Part shown: in pieces, positions 1 through 8,001 of the stretch
How positions within the stretch are numbered: the stretch's first letter is position 1
Layout: each line of letters opens with the position of its first letter
Assembly (NCBI RefSeq): GCF_000011465.1
Contig: NC_005072.1
Coordinates: 360,001 to 392,000, forward strand
Length of the DNA: 32,000 nt
From: Prochlorococcus marinus subsp. pastoris str. CCMP1986
Lineage (GTDB): Bacteria > Cyanobacteriota > Cyanobacteriia > PCC-6307 > Cyanobiaceae
Reading direction: 5' to 3'
Notes under the pieces: generated by a model
Database searches by the model: none
Seen by the model: the letters and a program-made list of their open reading frames with translations, nothing else
Told to the model about the DNA's origin: nothing
Program-made: the position numbers and the translations under genes

Positions 1-18
1 TTAGATCGACTGTCAATA

Positions 19-486
19 TCAAATCCCTAGCTCTGTGAGTCCAGGAAAATCTTTTGGACGGGGTCCATCTCCCCATGTAAAAAGACAATCTTTTTTATCT
101 ATAGAAATATCATTTATGCTCGCCTCTCTTCTACTCATTAAACCTGTTTCAGAAAATTCCCAATTTTCATTACCATATGCACGAAAATAATTAAATTCTG
201 GATCGTGCCATTCATATTGAAAACGTACAGAAATTCTATTTTTATCATAAGCCCATAATTCTTTGATAAGTTTATAGTCAATTTCCTTGATCCATTTGCG
301 TTTTAAAAACTCTATAATTTCTTCTCTTCCTTTAATAAATTCGCTTCTATTTCGCCAAAAACTATCTTCTGTATAAGCATGTGATACTGTTACAGGATCT
401 TTTGTATTCCATGCATTTTCAGCTAATCTTACTTTTTTAATAGCTGTTTCAAAATTGAACGGAGGAATAGGTGGTTTTATTGACAT
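19..486 (-). CDS. DUF1348 family protein (NTF2/SnoaL-like fold)
   Basis: A 155-aa ORF. The string of motifs '[12 protein letters not shown]', 'FWRNRSEF', '[10 protein letters not shown]', '[12 protein letters not shown]', 'YGNENWEF' and 'ASINDISI' matches my recollection of the DUF1348 family along its full length. Confidence 0.8.
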   Translation of the reverse strand: MSIKPPIPPFNFETAIKKVRLAENAWNTKDPVTVSHAYTEDSFWRNRSEFIKGREEIIEFLKRKWIKEIDYKLIKELWAYDKNRISVRFQYEWHDPEFNYFRAYGNENWEFSETGLMSRREASINDISIDKKDCLFTWGDGPRPKDFPGLTELGI

Positions 487-640
487 TTAATATTTAATAA
501 ATTTACTTACTTAATAATATTTAGAAAAAACATCAATCGCCCCTATTTTTATATTGAAAATTTAAGAAACTTTTTTCTTTATAAGTTATTTTTAATTTGA
601 AAAAAATATTTGCATAATTTCTTACAACTGGTAATTTTAG

Positions 641-871
641 TTGACTTGGATAACTCAAATGCAAGATCAAAGAATTGAAAAGATAGCAGCAGTCACAGTA
701 AACATAACTAAGGTTCTGGCAATAATTTATTTTGGCTTAGTAGAAGTATTTAAAATAGGCAAATTAACTAGAAAGATATTAGTTACTGAATCTAATAATT
801 CTCAAAAATGGGCTTCAAAAACTTATTCAATTTTAAAAATACGACAAGCTAGACAAAAACTAGCAGCATAA
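641..871 (+). CDS. Hypothetical small protein with one hydrophobic segment; the TTG start is doubtful and an internal ATG lies at 659
   Basis: An ORF only, with no recognisable motif. It sits in an AT-rich spacer. Confidence 0.25.
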   Translation: MTWITQMQDQRIEKIAAVTVNITKVLAIIYFGLVEVFKIGKLTRKILVTESNNSQKWASKTYSILKIRQARQKLAA

Positions 872-1090
872 AAAATTAGTTATTTTTAAGCCGCATTATA
901 TTCATCCCTATCTTCAAGCTCTCTCATAAATCTTTTATCTCCTATAAAATATTTTTTTATATTTAACTTTTCAGCTTCCTTTGCACTTGAAGGCATCTTT
1001 AGCCATTCAATAGGTATATCTTTTTTATATTTTATTTCATCATTTTCCACTAATAAAAATTTTGGTTTGTTTTAAATGACTGTTTTAAAG

Positions 1091-1597
1091 TTAATTACGT
1101 TTCCTCATTTGTTCAAACATTGTTAGGTATTGAAGAGGAAATACATCCGCTAAGTTTTCAATCCTTTCATCATCTAACTCAACCCCTTCGGGCAGTTTTT
1201 TTATTAATTTTGGAATAGCCAATTTTGTAGCATCTTTACAAAAATTGATTCTATATACTGACTCTTTTTGAATGGTCTCTTTAATTGACCCATCTTTTTC
1301 AAAAATAGAATTTATATCGAGATTGTTTCCCTTCAAGAGAGCAATCAATACGCCATCAGCAATCCTAAGTGCTTCTTTTGAATCTTTTCCATTTTTAATC
1401 CCAAATACCCATGTGCAAGCACCTACTCCAAAAGCTCTTGCAATACATTCATCATTACCTATTTCATCACAAGGCAATTTGAATGAATCCTCAATTTTCT
1501 TTAAGTCATAACCTTTTTCTCCCTCTGGAAAACCAGCAGAAGTTTTAATTGGAGAAATTAAACTTATTAATAGTGATAGAAGAAATAATTTTTTCAT
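1091..1597 (-). CDS. Hypothetical secreted protein
   Basis: A 168-aa ORF with a textbook N-terminal signal peptide (MKKLFLLSLLISLISPIKTSA|G) and several Cys residues. No family was recognised. Confidence 0.65.
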   Translation of the reverse strand: MKKLFLLSLLISLISPIKTSAGFPEGEKGYDLKKIEDSFKLPCDEIGNDECIARAFGVGACTWVFGIKNGKDSKEALRIADGVLIALLKGNNLDINSIFEKDGSIKETIQKESVYRINFCKDATKLAIPKLIKKLPEGVELDDERIENLADVFPLQYLTMFEQMRKRN

Positions 1598-1661
1598 TTG
1601 GTAGAAGGATTTAAAAATAATTTGTTTTCTGATTTAACATTTAATTGTTTATGATCTCAGT

Positions 1662-1853
1662 ATGACTTTAAGTTCTTACAGAATGCATAGAATTTATCTG
1701 GCAGCGACCATGGGCTATGGCCTCGGTTCTGATGATCCTGAGGAAGTTGCATACTACAAGAAATTAAGGAAAGAAATGGATGAAATGAAGAAGGATGTGG
1801 TTAAAAAAGGTATCCCACTTACATGGGATATCCCAGATGGAATGGATAAATGA
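1662..1853 (+). CDS. Hypothetical small protein (63 aa)
   Basis: An ORF with a plausible charged, helical composition. It converges on the next gene. No family was recognised. Confidence 0.4.
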   Translation: MTLSSYRMHRIYLAATMGYGLGSDDPEEVAYYKKLRKEMDEMKKDVVKKGIPLTWDIPDGMDK

Positions 1854-1950
1854 ATCTGAATACTTTTTTATTAATTGATGGGAGTCTTATGCTTATTGGA
1901 TTTCCTTTACTGATGATCCTCAAAGGCAAAAAGAGGACTCCCTAATTCAA

Positions 1951-2733
1951 TTATTTAACAGCGAAAGTTACTCCCATTACGGCAGTAATATCTTTCTTTA
2001 TAGTAGACGTGTCATAAGATCCCCAGCTGCTTACACTTGTGGAATTAGGAACTGTTATCTGAAAAACTCCAGTATTAACTCTTTTCAAACCACCTACTTC
2101 AGAACCTGCCTGTAAAGCAATTGCCTCGGCTCTTACTCTTGCATCTTTCGCTGCCTTAGCGAGCATATCAACTCTTTTATCAGCAAGTTTTGAATAGGTA
2201 AATTCAGGACGACTTGGTTTTACTCTTACACCTTTACCAAGCAATTCTGTTATCTGACTATGAGTCTTCTGGATGTTATAAACATCCCTACTCTCAATCT
2301 CAATATTCTGATAAGTGATCCATTCAGTTCTAATGATTTCATTAGTCTTTGGATGCTTAGTTTTATATTCACTAATACTTGCAGGACCAAGATAAACGTC
2401 TTGCTTCACGCTGTCCTTAATTCCATTGGCGTTAAGAAATTCCATTGTCTTGTTTATAGACTGTTTATGCTTGGTAAATGAGTCAATCTGAGTTTTACCT
2501 GAGGTCTTTACCTGGACAGACCATTTTGCTATATCACTTTCAAAACTCTCAGTACTAGCACCAGTAACAGTAATCGTATTCTCCACAGTCCTGAACCCTC
2601 TGACAAGAACAGTGGATGCACCTATAAAACCCCCAAGAGACAAAACTGCCATTGCAAATACGAGTGGCGGGGTACGGCGAATAATACTCAGAGAATCGCC
2701 TGGAAGCGACCTGAGATATTTAATGATTTTCAT
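1951..2733 (-). CDS. SIMPL-domain (DUF541) protein with an N-terminal membrane anchor
   Basis: A 260-aa ORF. It has an N-terminal TM segment (PPLVFAMAVLSLGGFIGASTVLV). This is followed by 'ITVTGAS...' and a C-terminal 'KAAKDARVRAEAIALQAGSEVGGLKRV' block typical of SIMPL/26-kDa periplasmic antigen proteins. Confidence 0.7.
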   Translation of the reverse strand: MKIIKYLRSLPGDSLSIIRRTPPLVFAMAVLSLGGFIGASTVLVRGFRTVENTITVTGASTESFESDIAKWSVQVKTSGKTQIDSFTKHKQSINKTMEFLNANGIKDSVKQDVYLGPASISEYKTKHPKTNEIIRTEWITYQNIEIESRDVYNIQKTHSQITELLGKGVRVKPSRPEFTYSKLADKRVDMLAKAAKDARVRAEAIALQAGSEVGGLKRVNTGVFQITVPNSTSVSSWGSYDTSTIKKDITAVMGVTFAVK

Positions 2734-3006
2734 TTTTATAAGTATGTGTGTAGGAACTTTTTAACAGCTGAACCGAAAGGAAAATATTTTTAAAAACCCT
2801 GATCTCAAATCCTTCAGTTCTATTTGGCCATTAAGGGAAACATCTTAAGTTGATGTGCCAATTTTGGAGTCGGTTACTAATATTGCCAAATGAAATAATG
2901 ATACGCAAGAAGTATATTTGTATTATGAATAAAGGTAATTAGAATTAATTACATAAATAATATTTTTACTGATGAAGAGTTAATAGATTTAGTCTCTAAA
3001 ATTTAT

Positions 3007-5496
3007 CTAAATTTCAAATTCTTCTCTTGAAATTACAGTGTCGAAAAGTCCAACTTCATCATGAGTATTTTTTGTTAGACCGATATAACTAAGGCTCGAG
3101 TCCTCATATCTTTTGAAATTATAAATAGCATCATTCATCAAACTACTATTAAAGACATTTAGGCTAATAAGTAAATCAAAATCTTTGAGACTAAGACCAG
3201 TAACCTTTTTAAAAAGTCCTGGCTCTAATTGTGTAATTACATCTTTTAAAGACCTTTCTCTGTAATCAGTTAAATACATGAATATTGGAATTCTGGTAGC
3301 AAACTTGATAAGTTGCTTTTGAATTTTTTTTCTTAGATTGATAAATTCTTTTTCCTGTTCTGTTAGTTGTTTTTTTTCTTTTTTATTTAATTCCTCCTCA
3401 TTAGCTTTTGTTTTTAAATTTTTTATTGATTCTGAGGAATTGATTATCGAAGTTATATCCTCATTTAGACTCCTAAATCCTTCAATAGCTTGTAAGGCTT
3501 TCATTGCTTCATCGTTACCCATAAGCCTTTCTAAAGTTGAATTATCTACGTTAACTAGAAGCGCACTTTCCCAACGACGAGCTAAAAGAGTAGCGGTTGT
3601 TCCGCTTATTGTCATGTCCAAAATTGATGTAGCATCTACCTCAATCATTGAGCTACCGTCATAAGATAAAACTGGTAAGAATTTTATAAACTCACCAACT
3701 TTTTTTTCAGGATCATTTTCTTGATAATTCAAGTTACAACTATAGTCTGAAATCTGAGTTAGAGCTCTGTTAGGAGCAAAATCAAATACATAACAATTAT
3801 GCTTTAGGACGTCTTTCTCATTAGGCGATTTACTATCTGGATTTTCTATTTCCCATGGTGTTTGAACTCTGAAGGCAGATTGAAAATATGTTTCGGGACT
3901 TGATATATTTCTAAGCATGAATATCCCACTCCAGGGTTTAACAGAGACACCAGTTGTTAATTTTCCGCAAGAAAGTGTTATTGATTTTGACTCAAGTGGA
4001 TTATCCATAGCATCCCTTACAGGCCATAAGGCTTTCAGACCAAGACCTGCTTTATTACCTGCAGCAACAATAATTTTATAACTATGAAAAAAAGTATTTT
4101 GTCTCTCTTGAAGTAAATTTCTCATCGCAAAACACGATGAAACATTTGGTAGGTACCAAAAAGTATGGCTAAGTAGTGATAATAATCTACTATCACTAAA
4201 AGGATAGGGTGGTTTCTTATCTTTTAATTTTAAAGTTGTTTTAATTTCTTCTAAATTTTGACCTCTAATAAGATCTAACCATTTTTGTACTTCATCTTTA
4301 TAAATAAATTCAGAAGCATCGTCCTCATATTTTGCAGAGAAGAAGGTATTGAGATCAAATTCATCAAATTCCCCCTCATTTGCAACTTCTAAAATATAAT
4401 CCGGCACTTTATAAGTCATTAAAATCATTCTTGGTAATGATGAATATGGATTTTTATCACCTACCCAATTATTTTTTGCATTTTGTTCATCTGAATAGGT
4501 CCAATTAAAAATTTGTTCTTCAATGAATTCTCCAGTTGATATTGCTCTGAAAGGCGTTCCTGAAAGATATAAATAAAAATTTGTTGAGATTGGCATATTT
4601 TCCTCTTTAAAAAAAGATATACCTTCACCCTCTTGCAGCTTTATTTCTTTATTTTCTTCCCCCTCAAATAGCTCTTTCGCTCTTTCTCTCCACGCCCCAT
4701 AATGATATTCATCTAGTATTACGCAATCCCATTTTATGGTGTGAACCCATTCATTTTTTGGTTTAATTCCCCCTGCATTGTTTTTTCCAAGAAAATCTTG
4801 AAATGATCCAAAACAAACAAAAGGTTTACTTTTATCAGCTTCTCCAAATGACATCCCATTTCTGTTTATAAATTGCCAACCTTCAAAATCAATATGTGTA
4901 AGTAAATCCTCTTCCCACGCACTTTGAACTGCTGGTTTAAAAGTTAAGACAAGCACTTTCGTCCATTTCATTTCTAAAGCCAACTTATAAGCTGCAAAAG
5001 TTTTACCAAATCTCATTTTTGCGTTCCATAAGAAATGGGGAACTTTATTAGATTTTTCCTTTATGAAACCATTTATATAATTTTTTGTTTTCTCTATCGC
5101 TTCTTTTTGTTCTGGACGAAGTCCAAAATTATTTGGCCTGCCCTCTACTCCAATATCTCCAAAAGCAACTAGATCTATAGCAGCATTCACATCAGTTACT
5201 TTGCAGCGGAACCACTCACCGGCTGGATTAGGAAAACCTTTAGCTCTTAAAATTTTATGAACATCTTTATCAATAAAAGAAGTCCCATCTTTCCTAATAG
5301 CACTTCTATCTAAATGAATAGTATATGTTTCTTCTCCGGGAGTAATTATGGGATACTGTGCTTCAACTCTTTGCTTAACAGTATTTTTAGATGTGAATCC
5401 TACTTTTAATAAACCTTGATATTGCGGATGTGAATCAGAATAAGCATATATCTTGGGATTCCCTTCATACCTTTTATAGAAAAAGTCTTTAGCCAT
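3007..5496 (-). CDS. Fusion of a GIY-YIG/T5orf172-like nuclease domain to an SF2 (ResIII-type, DEAH-like) helicase; candidate restriction/effector subunit
   Basis: 829 aa. The N-terminal ~115 aa carry a T5orf172/GIY-YIG-like pattern: 'KIYAY', 'LLKVGFT', 'VKQRVEAQ', 'VHKILRAKG....GEWFRC'. The helicase motifs that follow are 'LRPEQKEAI', Walker A 'KMRFGKTF', Ia 'VLVLTFKPAV', II 'VILDEYHYG', III 'LYLSGTPFRA' and VI-like 'YFQSAFRVQTP'. The C-terminal ~200 aa are unassigned and include a Lys/Glu-rich coiled-coil stretch. The start codon lies 1 nt after the upstream gene's stop (TAA T ATG). Confidence 0.85.
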   Translation of the reverse strand: MAKDFFYKRYEGNPKIYAYSDSHPQYQGLLKVGFTSKNTVKQRVEAQYPIITPGEETYTIHLDRSAIRKDGTSFIDKDVHKILRAKGFPNPAGEWFRCKVTDVNAAIDLVAFGDIGVEGRPNNFGLRPEQKEAIEKTKNYINGFIKEKSNKVPHFLWNAKMRFGKTFAAYKLALEMKWTKVLVLTFKPAVQSAWEEDLLTHIDFEGWQFINRNGMSFGEADKSKPFVCFGSFQDFLGKNNAGGIKPKNEWVHTIKWDCVILDEYHYGAWRERAKELFEGEENKEIKLQEGEGISFFKEENMPISTNFYLYLSGTPFRAISTGEFIEEQIFNWTYSDEQNAKNNWVGDKNPYSSLPRMILMTYKVPDYILEVANEGEFDEFDLNTFFSAKYEDDASEFIYKDEVQKWLDLIRGQNLEEIKTTLKLKDKKPPYPFSDSRLLSLLSHTFWYLPNVSSCFAMRNLLQERQNTFFHSYKIIVAAGNKAGLGLKALWPVRDAMDNPLESKSITLSCGKLTTGVSVKPWSGIFMLRNISSPETYFQSAFRVQTPWEIENPDSKSPNEKDVLKHNCYVFDFAPNRALTQISDYSCNLNYQENDPEKKVGEFIKFLPVLSYDGSSMIEVDATSILDMTISGTTATLLARRWESALLVNVDNSTLERLMGNDEAMKALQAIEGFRSLNEDITSIINSSESIKNLKTKANEEELNKKEKKQLTEQEKEFINLRKKIQKQLIKFATRIPIFMYLTDYRERSLKDVITQLEPGLFKKVTGLSLKDFDLLISLNVFNSSLMNDAIYNFKRYEDSSLSYIGLTKNTHDEVGLFDTVISREEFEI

Positions 5497-5497
5497 A

Positions 5498-6988
5498 TTA
5501 TTCCATTTTCATAATGGTCTTTTCAATAAAATTTATTTCCTCACTATCTAGTTCATACTTTGAATAAAGCTCGTTATCAGAGTACTTTTTATTCCAATTA
5601 AGTTTTGGTACAAATGCAAATCTTCCTTTTGTTATATGTTGAGAAACAGTCATCTGAGCAATTAGAAATCTAGTAAATTTAAGTTTTAGAAATGCTTCTA
5701 AATTCTCAGCCATTTCTTGGTTATCAAAAGTATCTATAACTAAATAAGTTTCAGTACATACTGTATTTGGAGGTGCTAAAAATAATTTTGCTAAAACCTT
5801 TCTCTCCCCATTTTTATTTGGTTGTCCAGCATGATCATAGGAAATGTTAGAGGTTAAGACTTTCCATTTTGGTATTAATTCTTTATTGTTAAGCACCTCA
5901 CCTGAAGATATTTTGCCCTCACCTTTACTTGTTATGAGATTTAAGTCTCCCGTCTCTTTTGCTTTCACTGTTGTTGTCAAACCAAATGCTGCTCGACTAC
6001 TAACGACAGAATCCAAAGTTAATTCATTTTTGGTTCTGATTTTTTTAATTATGTTTGAAGCTATTCCAAACCTTATAAAGGTGTCGAATTCATTTAATTT
6101 TCTATAAGAAATTTGTTTCTCATCTCTCCAGTTATTTATTACTTCAGTTAAGCCTTCATAATCTCTTTGCCAATGAAAATAGCAAACCCCACCTGCTATA
6201 TCAACTCCTGGAAAACAATCTTTTGCTTCAGGATAATCAACAATTTTTTTTATTCTTTTATCATTCAACATTTCATTTCTGAATTCGTCTAATCCTTTAC
6301 CCCCTGCATACCACCTTGATGGAATAATCATTAATAAATGTCTAGGATTTAATTTCTTCGCCTGTTCAATAAACCTATTGTAAATTGGTTTAGCACTCTT
6401 ACCAAAACCACTATCAGATATTTGATAAGGGGGATTGCCAATAACTACATCAAATTTCATATCAAAAAATAAATTAGGATTATCTTTATGAATGAATGGG
6501 TAAGCATATGTTTCTAACTCATCATTCCTATTGTAGGCATCCTGCGGGGCTCCACAATATTTACATCGTGAATTTACCCATAAATGATTTGATCGACTAT
6601 AAAAAATATTTCCACTCTCATTTACTGATGCATCAAAAAGAGAATATTTGCTATCAGCTTTTTTGGAACAGTACAAAGTCCTCCTACCCATGAGGCTTGT
6701 TAGTTCAGTTGTCGCGATTCCAAAAACTTGATTTTTAAAAATATTCTCAATACGTTTCGTCTTCTCAGGTAATGTATTTACTAATTGCTTATCTAATCTT
6801 TTAGCTATTTCCCTTAAAAATATTCCTGATTTCAAGCATGGGTCTATAAACGTAGAAGTTTTATCCTCAAAAATTTCTTTTGGCAAACTGTCCAAGATTT
6901 CATTGGCTAATGATGGAGTGGTAAAGACTTCATCGCTACTCAAATTAGCTAAACAATTTAGTACATCAGGATTATGTCTCTTTTTCAT
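5498..6988 (-). CDS. Gamma-class N6-adenine DNA methyltransferase (Eco57I-type methylase domain) with a C-terminal target-recognition region
   Basis: 496 aa. Motif X is 'DEVFTTPSLANEILDSLP' and motif I is 'FIDPCLKSGIFLREIAKRL'. An insertion contains the Cys cluster 'LYCSKK...RCKYCGAP'. The catalytic motif IV is 'FDVVIGNPPYQ'. The tail 'YELDSEEINFIEKTI' is typical of this methylase family. Confidence 0.9.
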   Translation of the reverse strand: MKKRHNPDVLNCLANLSSDEVFTTPSLANEILDSLPKEIFEDKTSTFIDPCLKSGIFLREIAKRLDKQLVNTLPEKTKRIENIFKNQVFGIATTELTSLMGRRTLYCSKKADSKYSLFDASVNESGNIFYSRSNHLWVNSRCKYCGAPQDAYNRNDELETYAYPFIHKDNPNLFFDMKFDVVIGNPPYQISDSGFGKSAKPIYNRFIEQAKKLNPRHLLMIIPSRWYAGGKGLDEFRNEMLNDKRIKKIVDYPEAKDCFPGVDIAGGVCYFHWQRDYEGLTEVINNWRDEKQISYRKLNEFDTFIRFGIASNIIKKIRTKNELTLDSVVSSRAAFGLTTTVKAKETGDLNLITSKGEGKISSGEVLNNKELIPKWKVLTSNISYDHAGQPNKNGERKVLAKLFLAPPNTVCTETYLVIDTFDNQEMAENLEAFLKLKFTRFLIAQMTVSQHITKGRFAFVPKLNWNKKYSDNELYSKYELDSEEINFIEKTIMKME

Positions 6989-7616
6989 TTTTATTAATCT
7001 TCAGGAAATGAATTAAATCAAACTCAGCAATAGGCTCTGGTATAAAAGCTAATTCACCAAGATCTGAAAACAATGGCAATGCATTTAGTTCTTCATTATT
7101 AATGATTGATTTGAAAGAATAGTCAAGTCGTTTCACTTTATATTTGGATATTAAACTCCATTTTGAAAAAATAATAGGTGTATCACTTGAAGGGAGCTTT
7201 AAAGTCAATGCATCCCCCCAAGTAATATTTTTTGATAAAAGAAATTTAATTACTCCAAAGAAATCAGTATCTTCTTTGTATTTATTCTCGTAAAATTTTT
7301 TTATTTTTTTAAAAAGTCTTAATTGACATTTAGAAACATTTTCCTTCTGGATATCAATACCATAAAGGGATGAGACAGCAAGAAATATATCTATTTGATA
7401 ATTTAATTTTATTGATTTATTTAACAATGAAATTGACTTAAGCTTTCTATCAAGTACTTCTATTAAAAAATTGCCATCGCCACATGCAGGCTCTAAAAAA
7501 GTAGAATCTAATCTTCTTGTTTCTTCATCAACAATATCCAGCATTCCATTAACTTCGTTTGATGAAGTGAAAACTTCTCCATATTTTTCAATTTTTGTTT
7601 TAATATTCTTAATCAT
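6972..7616 (-). CDS. Methyltransferase-like half protein: SAM-binding motifs X and I-III are present, catalytic motif IV (NPPY) and the TRD are absent. It is either a decayed gene or an accessory subunit.
   Basis: 214 aa. Motif X is 'GEVFTSSNEVNGMLDIV', canonical motif I is 'FLEPACGDGNFLIEVL', motif II is 'LYGIDIQ' and motif III is 'NITWGDAL'. Where FDxxxGNPPY is expected the sequence reads 'DTPIIFSKWS'. The 3' end overlaps the start of the next gene by 17 nt (6972-6988). Confidence 0.65.
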   Translation of the reverse strand: MIKNIKTKIEKYGEVFTSSNEVNGMLDIVDEETRRLDSTFLEPACGDGNFLIEVLDRKLKSISLLNKSIKLNYQIDIFLAVSSLYGIDIQKENVSKCQLRLFKKIKKFYENKYKEDTDFFGVIKFLLSKNITWGDALTLKLPSSDTPIIFSKWSLISKYKVKRLDYSFKSIINNEELNALPLFSDLGELAFIPEPIAEFDLIHFLKINKNEKET

Positions 7617-7821
7617 TCCGTAATTCTAAAATTTCGAAAAATTTATACAACTAAGTTTTTAAAAATATTACCTTTATCTACATACTATAAAAATTTAAAA
7701 TGTGGGAAAAACGTGGGCAAAAGTCAACCTCTAGTGAACATTTACGAACAATACAAAACACTAGCATATCGCTACTAATAAGGTTATGACTAATAATTCT
7801 AGTTATAGCTTATTTTGCACG

Positions 7822-7868
7822 GTTGCTTTGGGAGCACTAGGTCGCAGGTTCCAATCCTTTAGCCCTGA
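7822..7868 (+). pseudogene. Decayed tRNA-Pro(UGG)-like 3' fragment; candidate integration (att) scar
   Basis: The sequence GTTGC-TTTGGGA-GCACT-AGGTC-GCAGG-TTCCAAT-CCTTT-AGCCCTGA reads as a tRNA 3' portion. It has an anticodon loop UU-UGG-GA with G37, a variable loop AGGUC and a T-loop TTCCAAT. The stems carry mismatches and no matching 5' acceptor or D arm lies upstream. Confidence 0.45.
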
Positions 7869-8001
7869 CTCTAGAAATCCAAGTTATAAAAAAGCTTCCT
7901 TAGACTCACTTTTTTTAGATAATTATGATGAAATACGTTTCCATCATAATCCCAAAAAAAATGGAATCTCTATTTTTTTTTGATAACCATTAACACTATT
8001 T

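Noticed and set aside
880-1050. A minus-strand small ORF (~55 aa from a GTG, VENDEIKYKKDIPIEWLKMPSSAKEAEKLNIKKYF...)
   Set aside because: It has no ATG start in a good context, falls below the track threshold, and matches no recognisable family. It cannot be supported from sequence alone.
1880-1942. An inverted repeat GGGAGTC...GACTCCC enclosing an inner CCTTT/AAAGG stem, between convergent genes
   Set aside because: It could be a bidirectional terminator. However, the stems are short, the loop is ~49 nt and no U-tract follows on either strand, so this is not distinguishable from chance.
3338-3664. ORFs nested antisense or out-of-frame inside larger genes: 1272-1511, 2260-2481, 3338-3664, 5844-6107, 6496-6693, 9676-9909, 11105-11338, 15423-15662, 15916-16230, 24602-24862, 26475-26693, 26548-26778, 26961-27146, 27522-27725, 27807-28040, 29529-29729 and 31207-31413
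   Set aside because: Each lies wholly within a longer ORF that has clear family motifs on the other strand or frame. Their translations are low-complexity (Ser/Phe/Leu/Ile-rich), as expected for shadow frames.
5498-7616. The idea that ORFs A and B are one methyltransferase gene split by a sequencing frameshift
   Set aside because: B already begins with its own motif X and motif I, so it is a complete enzyme. Fusing A would duplicate the SAM-binding half rather than complete it. A is therefore treated as a separate, possibly degenerate, gene.
7786-7983. A 65-aa plus-strand ORF from the track
   Set aside because: It spans the tRNA-Pro-like fragment and a homopolymer-rich spacer, and it has no coding-like motifs. 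It is best explained as a chance ORF over an integration scar.
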